Made by a program: the position numbers and the translations under genes
The notes under the pieces: model-generated
Told to the model about the DNA's origin: nothing
Databases searched by the model: none
What the model saw: the letters and a program-made list of their open reading frames with translations, nothing else
Shown: one piece after another, positions 44,135 through 57,567 of the stretch
How the letters are laid out: each line of letters starts with the position of its first letter
How positions within the stretch are numbered: position 1 is the first letter of the stretch
From: Tubulanus polymorphus
Lineage: Eukaryota; Animalia; Nemertea
Direction of reading: 5' to 3'
Length of the DNA: 64,000 bases
NCBI RefSeq assembly: GCF_964204645.1
Contig: NC_134033.1
Span: 10,362,655 to 10,426,654 of the forward strand

Positions 44135-47100
44135 TGTTGTCAATTCAACTATCAGAGTAGCATCCAACGCAGTGGTTAATTGAAGCTAGTTTATTAATGA
44201 CGTAAGTCAATCACAGGAACACATAAAGAATAATAAAACACAACACTCTGAACAGGACCTTATACACACTGGTTAGAGAATCTTCTAGAAACTCTGGAAC
44301 AATCTAAGAACTTTCTAGTAACATCTAGAGACAATACACAATAGTTGTTTACCCGTTAATTACTGAGTCATCATTCTAGAATTGCCTTAATACATAAACA
44401 TGTTAACATCTTTACCCCTAAATAAATAGGTCAGTGTGTCAATCAAACAATAACATGTTGGATCATAATAGAAACACACGTATTTCCACACTCCCACTTG
44501 AGACAACATGTTTATGAAACTAATTATACATCATAATTAACTATGTACAAATTACACAAAATACAAAACCATTTTATAAGTACTCAGATTGTCTAGTAAA
44601 GACCTAACTTCAATCTGAGTCTCTCGAATTGAACCCTTGGTAACGGTTTTGTGAAAATGTCTGCTGCCATTTCCTGAGTTGGACAATATTCAAGACCGAT
44701 TATCCTGTTCTCCACTGCTTCCCGAGTGAAATGGTACTTCACATCAGTGTGCTTAGTTCTTTTGTGCGCAACAGGGTTTCGTGCGAGACATATTGCTCCT
44801 TGATTGTCTTCCAGCATCCTTGTTGGTAAGTCCTGTGGAACTCCTAGATCGGACAGTAAACTTCTCAGATGAACAGTCTCCTGAGTTCCAGAACACAACG
44901 CAATGTACTCAGCTTCCGATGTTGATAATGCTACTGTACATTGCTTCTTGGATAGCCAGCTAATGGCTCCATCTCCTAATAGATGAACATTTCCAGTAAT
45001 TGACTTTCTATCATCACGATCTCCTGCCTAGTCAGCATCGGTGTAGCAAACAAGATCCCTTGCTCCTGGAGTGTAGTGAAGAGTTAAATCCTTCGTCATT
45101 TTCAAATATCGAAGTATCCTCTTCAGAGCTGTCATATGTAGTTCTGTAGGATTGGAACTATATCTGCATACAGCTGCCACTGTGTGAGCAATATCTGGTC
45201 TTGTTCCCATAGACACATAGAGCAAACTACCCAGGATCGACTTATATTCAACTGAGTCAACTGACTTGCTGAAACCGTCGTCTTTCACGAGTTTGACATT
45301 GACATCAGCAGGTGTGCTAATTTTCAATGTAGGGTTTCTGATGGATCTGGTACTCACCACTTTCATTTCGCTTCACACAGATTCCAACACAGTGATGAAT
45401 TTCACCTAAATCCTTCATCTTAAAGCGGCTCGACATCGAATTCTTCAGTCCTGCCATATCATCATCATCTTCTGTCATCAGAAGCAGATCGTCTACATAG
45501 ATCTCAATTACTGACATCTTCTCATCTCTATTTCTTATGAAGACACATGGATCCGCGTTACTCTGTTTAAAACCTTCTTTGAAAAGAAAGTTAGTTAGCT
45601 TCTTGTTCCAACATCTTGGTGATTGCTTGAGACCATACAGCGACTTTTTTAGACGACAAACCTTTGACCCATCTGTCTCGAAGCCTTCAGGTTGTTCAAT
45701 GTATATCTCTTCTTCTAAATCACCATTCAAGAAAGCAGTAACGGCGTCCATTTGATGAACCACTAATTTCTTTTGAGCCGCTAAGGCCAACAGAGTTCTA
45801 ATAGAGGAATAACGAACCACAGGGGCGAAAGTTTCTTCATAATCTATCCCTTGAGTCTGTGTATAGCCCTTAGCTACAAGCCGACATTTAAACCTCTCAA
45901 CAGAAGCATCTTCTTTATATTTAGTTTTGAACACCCAGCGACACCCTATTGTCTTTTTACCTTCAGGAAGTTCTACCAGTTCCCAGGTATCGTTTTCTAG
46001 CAGTGAGTCGAACTCAGACTGTGCTGCCACTTTCCACCATTTAGCTTCTGGGCTTTGTATAGCTTCTTCCATTGTAGACGGTTCTTGAATCAGGTTGGCT
46101 TCTATAGCACTGCCTGCAAACTCATCAATACCATATCTGATGGGTCGTCTTCTAAGGCGTCTCTCTGGTGGTTCTTGAACTGGCGGCTTATCGTTGACTC
46201 CCTCAACACCAGCGTCAGTGGAAACTTCGAAGAAATTTTCTCCCACTGTTGGTTGAGTGGCTGGGTTCTTATGTCCAAAGTCATTCTCGTTGAAGATAAC
46301 ATCTCGCCTGATATATATCTTACCAGTCTCCACATCCAATAGCTTATAACCCTTGGCATTCAAGGCATAACAAACGAACCTCAACTTGATGGCCTTTGAA
46401 TCCATTTTCTTCCTCTGGGCATCAGGTATTCTAGCATATGCTGCACAGCCAAACACTCTTAGGTTATCCACTTTTGGCTTTCGTCCATACCATCTCTCAT
46501 ACGGAGTGGTTCCATCGCAGATAGCTCTTGTTGGAGTTCTGTTCTTAACATAAGCTGCAGTCAGCATAGCTTCTGCCCAGTACTTCTTTGGTAGGCCAGC
46601 ATGATAAAGCATAGCTCTAGCTTTTTCCGTCAAAGTTCTGTTGACTCTTTCAGCTATGCCATTTTGGTCTGGTGTATGTGGAACTGTACCTTGATGATGT
46701 ATCTTCCTGAACTTTAGATACTTCTTAAATTCTTCCGATATGTACTCACCACCATCATCGGACCTCAAAGTCCCAATCTTCTCGCTTGTTTCACCGACCA
46801 CGGTTGCCTCAAAGTCACGGAACCTTTCCAGGGCTTCGTCTTTGTTGGACCCCATACATCAGTGTGAATCCGTTCAAGTCTTCTAACTGTGCGTATTTCT
46901 CCCACTGGTTTACCAGGCTGACGAGTAATCTTCCCATAGACGCATCCTTCACAGAAACTCTGTTCTTCATCATCATGGAGTGTTAATCCATCTACTACAG
47001 CCTTCTTGGCCATTTTCTTAAGAGTTTCTTTATTGACATGTCCAAGACGTTGATGCCAAAGGTCGATTGTCTTCGACTCTGAAGCAGCAGTCCTAGCTTG

Positions 47101-48760
47101 ATGGCTAGGTGTACAATTAAGCTTGTACAAGTTCCCACACAATGTACCATAGGCGACGACTCTTCCACATGAACTGGTGATGGTACATTTACCTTGGCCA
47201 AAACTGACGTGATGTCCTTTTCCGGTCGCTGCTCCTACTGAGAAAAGATGTGTTCCCAGCTCAGGTACCAATAAAACGTCGTGCAGCGTGACAGCTAAGG
47301 CTTCTTCATTTACAGCCAACTCCAGTTTCACCTTGCCCCGTCCAGTCACTTGCAGTTCATAATCATCACCTAACCTGATGATCTCTTCGTTGTCCAGATT
47401 CTTGTAGTCCACCAGTAGACTTCGATCCCACGTCATGTGGCTGGACGCCCCTGAGTCTATTACCCAGTCACTGCATTTCATTGAACATTTCACTGATGGA
47501 GCAGTAAACGCTACTTCGTCTTCATCCTGCCTCTCAGACATCTTGGCATTGTGAAACTTCCTGCAGTCTTCTTTGCTTCTTGGGCATTCTTTCTTAAAGT
47601 GTCCCAATTTTCCACACCCAAAGCATTTCACGGACCATTTGTTCTGCTTCTGTCGTGGAACGCCTTTCTTCTGTCGTCCCACCAAGGCAGAATCGTTGAC
47701 TTCAGAGACAGTGACCGCACAAGAACACTCTTGCCTTCTCATCTGCTCATGTATCAGCACCTGCTCTACTGTGGCAATGCTCAAACGACCCTCTCTTGTT
47801 TCTAGTGTTGTTACCAATGTACTGTAACTCTGTGGCAGACTTCCTAGTAGAGTGACCACTTGATCTTCTTCACTAATCGGACTGTTGATCGCTGCCAATT
47901 GGTCCGTTATTTCTTTCATGTCCTTCAGGTGATCTTGGAGTGATTTCCCTTCCGCCATTTCCATCCGGAAGTACTTCTTCTTCAGATATATCCTGTTGTT
48001 CAGCGTGTCTTTCTGGAAATGCTCCTTAAGCAGTTCCCATGCCTCCACAGGTGATTCGGTTGACGATATCAGGTAAATCTGTGATGGCGCTATCCCCATC
48101 ACAATCAAGCCGAATGCCGTCGCCTGTTTTGCTGCAAACTCAGCCTGTCTCTGTTCGTTTACATCAGCAGTCAGTACCTCCGTCCTATCGACGTACTTCC
48201 ATAAGCCCCGAGACCTCAGACAATGTCGCATCTGGAAGCTCCAAGTAGACCAATTACTGCCATCCAGCTTCTCAATCGTCCACTTCTCCTCTGCCATTGT
48301 CACAATCTCTTCTATGGATAAAACACTGACTCTTTAGGCACTATGACACAGCAACAACAAATCCAAACTAACTCTCAATTCAGCAGTACTCTGGGCCCAT
48401 AACCTGTTGTCAATTCAACTATCAGAGTAGCATCCAACGCAGTGGTTAATTGAAGCTTGTTTATTAATGACGTAAGTCAATCACAGGAACACATAAAGAA
48501 TAATAAAACACAACACTCTGAACAGGACCTTATACACACTGGCTAGAGAATCTTCTAGAAACTCTGGAACAATCTAAGAACTTTCTAGTAACATCTAGAG
48601 ACAATACACAATAGTTGTTTACCCGTTAATTACTGAGTCATCATTCTAGAATTGTCTTAATACATAAACATGTTAACATCTTTACCCCTAAATAAATAGG
48701 TCAGTGTGTCAATCAAACAATAACATGTTGGATCATAATAGAAACACACATATTTCCACA
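44135..48760 (-). mobile_element. Ty1/copia LTR retrotransposon, full-length ends but defective pol
   Basis: LTRs 44135-44490 and 48405-48760 (356 bp, TG...CA, 4 mismatches); TSD GGTTT (44130-44134, 48761-48765); PBS GGTTATGGGCCCAG (48404-48391); PPT ...AAGTGGGAG (~44499-44491). Domain order gag (CCHC)-protease (DSGAS)-integrase-RT (YVDD)-RNase H. Confidence 0.97.
44593..48303 (-). pseudogene. Copia gag-pol polyprotein, broken into four ORFs
   Basis: Frameshift and deletion after HTDVWGP (~46850), frameshift at ~45320, and a TGG-to-TAG stop in the RNase H motif YTDAD*AGD (45028-45030). Confidence 0.9.
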
Positions 48761-50565
48761 GGTTTTAGATCCCCTTGTTAGCTACTGTAATATGTGGAAA
48801 CTCACCGTAGATACCAATAAAACAAAAGTGATCATTTTCGAGAAAAGGAAATCCAGGAGAAACCTCAATTTTCACTTAGCCAATTGTGAAATCGAAATAG
48901 TCCAAATGCCGCAAGATGTTAGCTGAGAGTGATGCAAAGGCTCTACTTCACGTTTAAAAAAAATCACAAGAATTAGGTTTGTGTATTGACGTGTCTTTCA
49001 ATCTTTTTGACGCGCTCGTGAAATCTATTCAATTATACGCTTGCAAAATTTGGGACTATAGCTGTATTGAAAAAGTTCGCGTAACTTTTGGTAAATAGAT
49101 ACTTAGACTATAAAAAACACTACACCTCGAATGGCATTGGTGAGACAGGTAGAACCCCTTATAGAATGCGACCTTCGACAAGATTTTTGAACTCCGACAA
49201 AAAAAGATAATCAAACGAGTCACCATGATGATATCAGATGTCCACTTTTCACTCTCATTTTTTTTCTATGGTTTTAGTTGTTTTCATCGATAAGAAAATT
49301 TCGTTCGATTTTACCTTTAGAAATGAACTAGCCATAGTAGTTACCATAGATAGAAATAGATATCCGTCGTAATGACAACATCAGAAATGAATATTGTCTT
49401 CCGCAGATACTGAACATAAACAGATGTGTCAACTTTTTCTGCAAACAGATGTCTCATTGTTATTTATGTTTCAGCTGCTATATCCAAGATCATCCTCGGG
49501 CTGCACCGAGGCTTCTACTTACAGCGTAAATACTGTACAAATACATATATTTCAATTTGGGATTTGATTTCTAATGATGTCAACCAATTACTCCCAGTTT
49601 ACCATAATGTGAAAGTAGATTGCAACAGCTAGTGTGCCTAACCTGGTAATATACATACGTGCGTATGTACTAGCGTAAAATCCGTGGAATCCATTATGCC
49701 TAACACGTATATCAATTGCTACTTTTCTGTTCTTGTAGTGAAAGGAAAGCACAAGATGTCGTATACCACATGGGGTCAGATCTTGTCCGCCGAGCAAATA
49801 AGATCCATTCAAAGAGACACACGATCAATCAATTTATTTATAATTACTTTTCTCGTTCAGTTTTAATTCTTTTTAGTGCAGTTTCGGTCAGAGAAAAGTT
49901 CGCTGTTTTTTCTTTCCTTTAGTTTAGAGTTAGCTGCCATGATCAACGCTAAGAGAAAATAGATATGATGCGTATGTCTGAAAACGGGAGTGGTTTCACA
50001 TCCGAGATAAAGATAGGCAGATGTCCCAGCGGATACAAAAGGTGCCAGCTTTTTCCCATAAAAAAGAAGACGGAACTCTTATATATATATTTTTTTCTTT
50101 TTTTCAATGCAAGTAATGGAGTGAAGGGGAACAGATGTTATAAGTCACATCGGGGTCAAATCGTGTCATCGGAGAAAATGAATATCGATATAAAAATGGA
50201 TACGAAATTAAGGTTTCAATTCATTTATTTTCTCTAAATTCAATCGCATTCTAAAACGTTGCGAAGAGTTAAAAAGTTAAGAAATGAGGCATGAGAAACG
50301 AGGCGTTTCTTCTGTGGCAATCGTACATTGCCGTATAGTAAAACAGTGTTTATGCGTGCACCAATATTTATTCTATATCGGCTCTGCGTCGTTTAGAGCG
50401 AGAGTGGATTCAGTGTGCGGGCGTATTCCTCGTCGTCAATCAATTTTCATTCGAGCCAATAGAATGGAGGTCTTGATGACTGACTATAACGCGGTCTCTG
50501 AAAATACGAAATGTAAATTGAACAGAAAACGGTCTAACAGTGAATCAGAGTTTACTCGCTCAAAC

Positions 50566-52529
50566 TTACAGGCCTTCGACTGAACCGACAAAATTTTGGT
50601 CTAATAAATGAAGTCGCTTCGAGTTCGGTGACAGTTGCCTCTGCCTCTGCTCCAAATCTAGACTAGTTAGATCTGATTCCGGTGACGTCATCAGTCGAGT
50701 GTCGTTCGCCATATATCTCCACGGTAACAGCATGATGAACGAACTGACCAGAATGACCGTTCCCGCCAGGTAGAAGGAGGCGTGATAATTTCCGGTGTGG
50801 TCGAATAGTAAACCTTCAAATAATCAATGCGCATGATTCAATATGAGCCTCGTACCCTCTGTGTTGACTCTAAAATGGTGGAACTGAAAGATTACCCGCG
50901 ATCGGGGCCCCGCTAAAGAACCCGATACCGTTTGTTATTAGTAAAACTCCATACGTCGACGAAAGTGCCTCCAAACCGGCATAGTCAACGAGAAGAGCTG
51001 GTAGTAGAGCGCCACCTATAGCCGATATACTCAAACCAGCGGTCGAAGCGTACGCCATTAAATATGGTAATTTAGTCGGCAAAAATGGTAATGCTACGGT
51101 AACTATTCCGCCAATGCCCAGTGAGATAATATACAAAACGTGTTCCGATATAGCGGGGTGGTTTGCCAGTATTCCGAATCCGAATTTTCCGAATAGATTC
51201 ATCGATCCCATGACGGTGAAGAGCCAGGCGCTCTTGTCCGAATCGACACCCGCTGCGATTTTAGCGTACGCGATTAAATGAACGTAAATAATCGAAAATC
51301 CGAGCGTTGCCAACACGTTATTTAAACATAAAACGAGGAATCTTTTATTTGTGAACATTTCGGCATGAAACGCTTTCGGTTTAGTCTGCCCAGAAGGCCG
51401 ATTCCGACAAGTCTGACCAGTAGTCCGAATCTGGATAGTCCCATCAGTATTCGGATTCAGACTAGTTTCATCCACACTATGTTTGCCATCGCTATCAGCT
51501 GTTGCCGAGTTCAAAAAGGTCACTTTTTCATCCAGTTTATCACCACTGTTCGTCCGCTCGATCACGTGGTTTTTACTCGTTTTCCCATTCGGTTGATTTT
51601 CTCGTAGTTCGGACGTTGGCCGGTAGATGGCACCGCAAGCGGTTACGTTCAGCGCCAGGGCACCGGAAATGAACATCGCTCCTGTGAATGAGGAGAAAAG
51701 CATACGTACTCGTTAGTTCATATATGTACCGCAAGGGAAGAAAATTTGAGATTTGACTTTTCAAAAAATTTGAGAAGAATATCAAACTCGAACCCTATGG
51801 ATTGACTGATCTCTATCTATCTTTCATACCTTTCCAACCGTAAGCATTGATGAGCGCTTGTAAAAGAGGGGGAAAGATAAAGCTACCCAGTCCGCCCCCG
51901 GATGACGCCAGACCCATAGCAAAGTTACGTTTCTTATCGAAGTATTCTGCAACTACGCAGCTACCTGGAACTACCGTCAAACCAAAACCAAAACCTGAAA
52001 TGTAAAAATAGAAAAGTCTTATTAAAAAATCAATAAGAGGTAGAAACGGGATTCGAACCCACTCGGTCACGCTGTGTACGCGTGGTAACGGATTCAAATG
52101 AGCGCGCGTGACGTTGCCTTACCGGTTATCAATCCGTATGTTATCATTAACCAGACGAGACTGGACGCGAACATGGATGAAATGAGTCCAACAGCGGCAA
52201 TAAAACCGGCCATCATCACTACTATCCGGTTACCAAATCGATGTGCCAATATACTCGACAATGGGCCCAGAAAAAAACTACAAAATACAATTTTACATCA
52301 TTTCGTCTGATTTGTAATGTTTTATTGGAACTGAATGGATCGAGGCCGGTTATTACCTGGTTGCGTTTGCCAACGACCCTACGATTGACGTCATGCCGCT
52401 ACTGCGCTGAAATTCCTCTTTAAAAACCACGTATAGAATACCGGTCGTAGTAGTGAGACCGTACGAGAAAATACGCAGCGAAAACGAAGCGAATACGACC
52501 ATCCAGGCCCAACCTGTGTCCTTCTTCAT
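50566..52529 (-). CDS. MFS transporter, SLC16/MCT-like, copy 2 (intact, few substitutions vs copy 1)
   Basis: Same five-exon structure in inverted orientation; ORF 50870-51703 differs from 13992-14828 at only a handful of residues. Confidence 0.9.
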
Positions 52530-52813
52530 ACTTACCGGCCACCAGCGAATCAATTCATGATCAATGAGTTGAGATTTTTAGAATACAATCTCCGATCCTG
52601 CAATAAATCGATAATAAATACGAAATGTTATGTTAGATGCGTGAGAATGTCTGCAACGTTGCATACATTATGTGGTTGTTATAACATGAACTGATTTTAT
52701 CATAGAATGTTCTGACTTTGATAAGCGTTGCTGTGAATTGTACAGTTACAAATTGATATATACACTAATGAATTACAAATTGATGTATACACTAATTAAT
52801 TCAAATACATGTA

Positions 52814-53366
52814 AGTAATGTGTCTTTTCATACCACAGGTCGAGAGGTAGAGCTCATAAAAAATAAATTCTCGCATGCTCGAAATTATTTTTTATTTTTT
52901 ACTCACTCAACCTCTCTACCTCTGATATGAAAAGACACTTATCTCATTACTTATATATATTATATATGTGAACATTATATAAATGAATATCATATATATG
53001 AAAATCAATTTTATTAAAAAATTCATATAATAAATGGAGAGTAAACAAATGCACAGTGAATTCCTAGCTAGAATTAAAGATTCTACAAATGTCAAATCTG
53101 TAGATTATAAATTCAAAAAGTTGACAGAATTAACATTTCATAAGAAAAATTTAATTACAAATATTGAAACAATTACTAATAGATATGGTAATAAATTAGT
53201 TATTAATATATACAAGTAATGAGATAAGTGTCTTTTCATATCAGAGGTAGAGAGGTTGAGTGAGTAAAAAATAAAAAATAATTTCGAGCATGCGAGAATT
53301 TATTCTTTATTTTTTATGAGCTCGACCTCTCGACCTCCGGTATGAAAAGACACTTATCTCATTACT
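52814..53366. mobile_element. 553-bp composite element: two inverted hairpin units flanking an AT-rich truncated Polinton-like gene; 6-bp TSD
   Basis: Termini AGTAATG...CATTACT; TSD CATGTA at 52808-52813 and 53367-53372; single CATGTA at the empty site in arm 1 (~12913-12918); units at 52814-52951 and 53215-53366. Confidence 0.85.
53034..53219 (+). pseudogene. Truncated homolog of the Polinton-like terminal ORF 58373-58699
   Basis: Gapless alignment by eye gives 15/50 identities (FLA.I...KKL...T...I...E.I...YG.K...N). It has the same TAAATG start, and its stop is supplied by the second hairpin unit. Confidence 0.65.
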
Positions 53367-53524
53367 CATGTAATCCTGAAAACTTTGAATAGCCAACGAT
53401 ATGAAAACTATTGTCAATCGAATAACTGGCTATCGGGTAGGTTCACACTGCAATGAGTTCATACTGTTGTACCTATACATAATGAATATAAACCACGAAC
53501 TAATATCAATTCCCCGACAATTAT

Positions 53525-56140
53525 ATAATTTATAACTTTTTATTTTCCCTCGAATTACAACACGATTATACATACAAAATTATATAAAAGAATACAAGGG
53601 TACTGTTATATATAAGTGTCATCATGGGCGCATAGACTAGTGTTAAGGTCTAGTCTATACGTCCATGGTGATATTCATGTTGTAATAAAAGGGCAGGGTC
53701 TTGGAGAAGCAAAAGAATGCTTATGTATGCAAGGCCCATTCATACCACACTCAGACGTACGCATGCACGCGGAAACACACACACCCCTCACACACTCGAT
53801 CACATGTTCATAATAACACACCACACAGAAATAGATGAATTAGGAATAATTGGAGCATCTGAACAACTCACAAAATAGCTTTATAAGGAAAACTTCAGTT
53901 TTTTATAGATAAGACGAAACGAATTAATACTAGGTTTTTCTATAAGCGAATTTGGTAGCTTATTCCAGAGGATTGGTGCAGACAATTTGACCGAAAATTT
54001 TCGTTTTAGGGTTTTGAATCTATCAATTTCTAAATCGAACTTTTTCCTAGTATTACGTCGGTATATTTGGAATTTTGATCTCCAATAACCGTTGAAAGAT
54101 GCAGGCAGTAAGGAATTGGCAAATTTATAAACGAAAACAGCTAATTGTAAGTCATTAATATCGCGGAGTTTCAAGATTTTTAAACGTTTGAATATGGGAT
54201 CTGTATGTGCTAGGTAATTTGAATGAGAAATTAATCTTACAGCTCTCTTCTGTAATAGTACAAGTGGGTTCAAAATAGTTCCAGAATTTGTACCCCAAGT
54301 CATATTGCAATATTGGAGATAAGGGTCAATCATAGAAAAGTATAGAGTCACTAAGGATTTAGATGGTAGTTTATTTTTTATTCTATTTAAAATGCCTATA
54401 TTACAGGCAACTTTTTTACTAACCGATTTAATATGGTCCTTCCAAGTTAACTTGTCATCAATTGAAACTCCCAAAAAATTTGTAACATGAACCTGATTAA
54501 TTCTTTTACCATCGATGTATAATTTAATATTGGCATAATTGACTTACTTTATATTTTTTACTTTTTTTCTATAATTTTGATTACTAAATACAATAAAAAG
54601 GGTTTTTTTTTACATTCAGTGACAATTTATTGGCACGAAACCAATCAACCAGTTTTGATAGTTCTGAGTTAAAAGTTTTACATAATTCTTTGATGTTCCA
54701 ATCACTAAGGAAACAGTTCGTATCATCTGCGAACAGAATGAATTTCAAAATGTTGGAGGCTTTAGTGCAGTCATTAATGTATAATAGAAATAAAAGTGGT
54801 CCTAATATTGATCCTTGAGGGACTCCAGATTGTATATGCAGAGGTTTTGAATTTATATGATCTAATTGAACAATTTGGGTCCTGTTACTTAAATAATTCC
54901 TGAACCAATTTAGTGGGGCACCTTTGATTCCGTAATGACATAATTTTTCTAAAAGAATATCGTGATTAACCGTATCAAATGCCTTCGACAAATCTAAAAA
55001 TATACCAATAGTTGGACGGTTAACATCCATATTAGCTGTAATTTCGTCAGTAATCTTTACTAAAGCTAAAGTTGTTGAATGCTTTCTTCTAAATCCAAAT
55101 TGATTTTGATTTATGAGTGAGAATTTATCACAAAATGAAACCAGGCGATTATAAACTAATTTTTCAAGAATTTCTGAAAAACATGGTAATACCGAGATTG
55201 GTCGATAATTATCGAACGACGCCGTGTTACCTGTCTTAAAAATGGGGCATACTCGAGCTGTTTTTAGTTCCTCAGGAATGATTCCAGTTTGGAGACTGCA
55301 GTTAAAAATGTGAGCCAACGGAGTTTTTATAATATCAGTTACGTCTTTTATAACCTTTATAGAGATTCCGTCAACACCGATACCTTTTTTAAAGAAAATG
55401 ATTTGACTATTTCACATATTTCATTAGGATCTGTCGGAAAGAAGAAAAAATTTTCACTAGCAGGATCCTCTAAATAAACACTGAAGTGAGTTTTTGAATT
55501 TGGTATTGAACTTGCTAGTTTCTGACCAATGTTTACAAAAAAGGAGTTGAATTCATCTGCTATATTTTGTTTTCCGGATATTTTGGTATCATTTAAAAGA
55601 AAAACATCAGGTAATTTATCTCTACATGATTTTTTCCCAATTACATTATTAATAATATTCCATGTTTTTTTCATATCGTTTTTTGCTAATAATAATTCAT
55701 GATCGTAGTATTGCTTTTCCGCCTGCCTAAGTAATCTTGTCAGAATGCGTTTATAGGACAGGTATCGCTCTTTTTTTTCTGTATTATAGGGACTTGAAAA
55801 AAATTTCTTATACAGACAGTTCTTACGTTTGATTGATTTTAACAAACCACTTGTAAGCCAGGGCTTAAGATTATTTTTACTAGTAGATTTACAAGTGAAA
55901 TAAGGGAAACATTCGTTATACAACGCTGAAAATTCAGACATAAATGAATTATAAGCAAATTGAGGATCATAGTTGTTATAAATTGCTGACCAGTCGCAAA
56001 GCTAGTAGCCGTCTTTCAAATTTTGCCTTATTACGGCAGTTAAAATTCCGGAATTTTGCTGCTAAATTGCTTTTCGTAGTTACATACTGATCACTCTCAG
56101 TAAAAACCGGGAAATGGTCGGAAATATCTGTACATATTAT
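53525..56140 (-). mobile_element. 5'-truncated LINE (CR1/L2-like), arm-2-specific
   Basis: ISDHFPVF (end of endonuclease); RT motifs NYRPISVL, QFGFR, LDLSKAFDTV, GVPQGSILGP, FADD in ORFs 55357-55941, 54584-55318 and 53881-54474 separated by frameshifts; AATAAA near the 3' end; absent at arm 1 ~12760. Confidence 0.9.
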
Positions 56141-56408
56141 ATATTAACATATTTTTTATTAAGTAGATTAGTTACACTATTAATATTCAAAAATGAAACC
56201 ATGATTCTCATTACCGCGCGCGTCTGAAAAATCATCATCCTCGCTTGCCAGGACGGTTTGATTGCCGCCCGCTGAAGCTCACGCCATCACAAACCCTGGC
56301 CGCAAACCCTTCATTGGTCTATTACATCGCCCATGCGATTCCTTGGGCGGACAGGTTCCCGCTCGGCACCCACCAGTCAATACATCTAGCTGATCCTACT
56401 TATACTTA

Positions 56409-56815
56409 AGGCGCTTTTACGAAATTGAATCTGATTTGGTTAAGCTAAATCCGATTCGATGTTGGAAAACGAAAGGATTAGTAAGTCGAATCGTTTTTCG
56501 TAAATGAGTCGAATCAATTTATCAATTTAAAGGTCGCGATTCGAAAGAAAATGGGTGTCAATGGTGACCGAATTATTGATAGATGATGGTCTGCAATAGA
56601 TGTCTTTAGCCCGCGGTCAAAGAGGACGCCATGTTGGATTTCACTGACTAAATCGCCACTAACTTGCTCGCCGAGCAAGTTAGTCGATTTAATAAATCAG
56701 TTTACTAAACCGCGTCCATAAACGAGTTGATTTACCAAATCGGATTCACTAAACCGCGTGCCGTAAACGTGAAACTTAAATCGATTTACAAAGATTCAGT
56801 TTCGTAAAAGCGCCT
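56409..56815. mobile_element. PIF/Harbinger-like MITE, copy 2
   Basis: TIR AGGCGCTTTTACGAAA; TTA TSD at 56406-56408 and 56816-56818; the equivalent arm 1 site (~11500) is empty. Confidence 0.75.
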
Positions 56816-57323
56816 TTATTTACTGCTGGTTCTACTTGTCCCTGCATTGGTGCATATGACGTTCCAAAATTTCAGTTGCAATATACATAGCCTACGAGTA
56901 TGAGATTCAAGTAGAAACTACAACTTGTGTGGACGTTAAAATACGTAAGGTACAACTTTGGTTTTACAAGTCTTAATTATTGTGTCAACAACGACATTCA
57001 TTACGCCTTAACCCATATTCTGTGAATACAATTAGGTTATCAAAACATGCAATTAAGAATCGAATGATCACATTTTAGATGTGTAGGGCAACGATTTCTT
57101 GACAAAATTCATCGATCCAATTTTTCACAGTGTATATTCGTACTGCTGTAGATTTTTGTCTGTTACAAATGTCACCCACAAAGAACAGAAATGAAAGTGA
57201 CGCAATCAGAACGATCAATACTTAATACGTAACATACACTGGGTCCATATACTGTAATAGTTAGTGACTTGAGATATAGAGCGATAAAACAACACGAAAT
57301 ACTCACCTCAGCTGGACTGAACA

Positions 57324-57567
57324 TACGAGCAATTATCTAACAGGAGGAAGTTCGCCCTATCAGTGTACTACACGATCAGTAACGCTGTCAATCATACAGT
57401 CAGGGGTGTGTGGGATTCGACATCCCTGGACAGCAGCGCTGCGCATTGATGCTAAAAGCAATCCATAGAGGTAGTTTTAAGATGACGTAGCCAACTGATG
57501 CATGCGTATTTGGCACCATAATGACCGCGTTTACGAAATCCACAGCTCGGTTAGATAATTGCTCGTA
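57324..57567. mobile_element. MITE with 18-bp TIR TACGAGCAATTATCTAAC, arm-2-specific
   Basis: Perfect TIRs; degenerate ~9-bp flanking duplication GACTGAACA/GACTGGAAG; empty site in arm 1 at ~10740. Confidence 0.75.
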
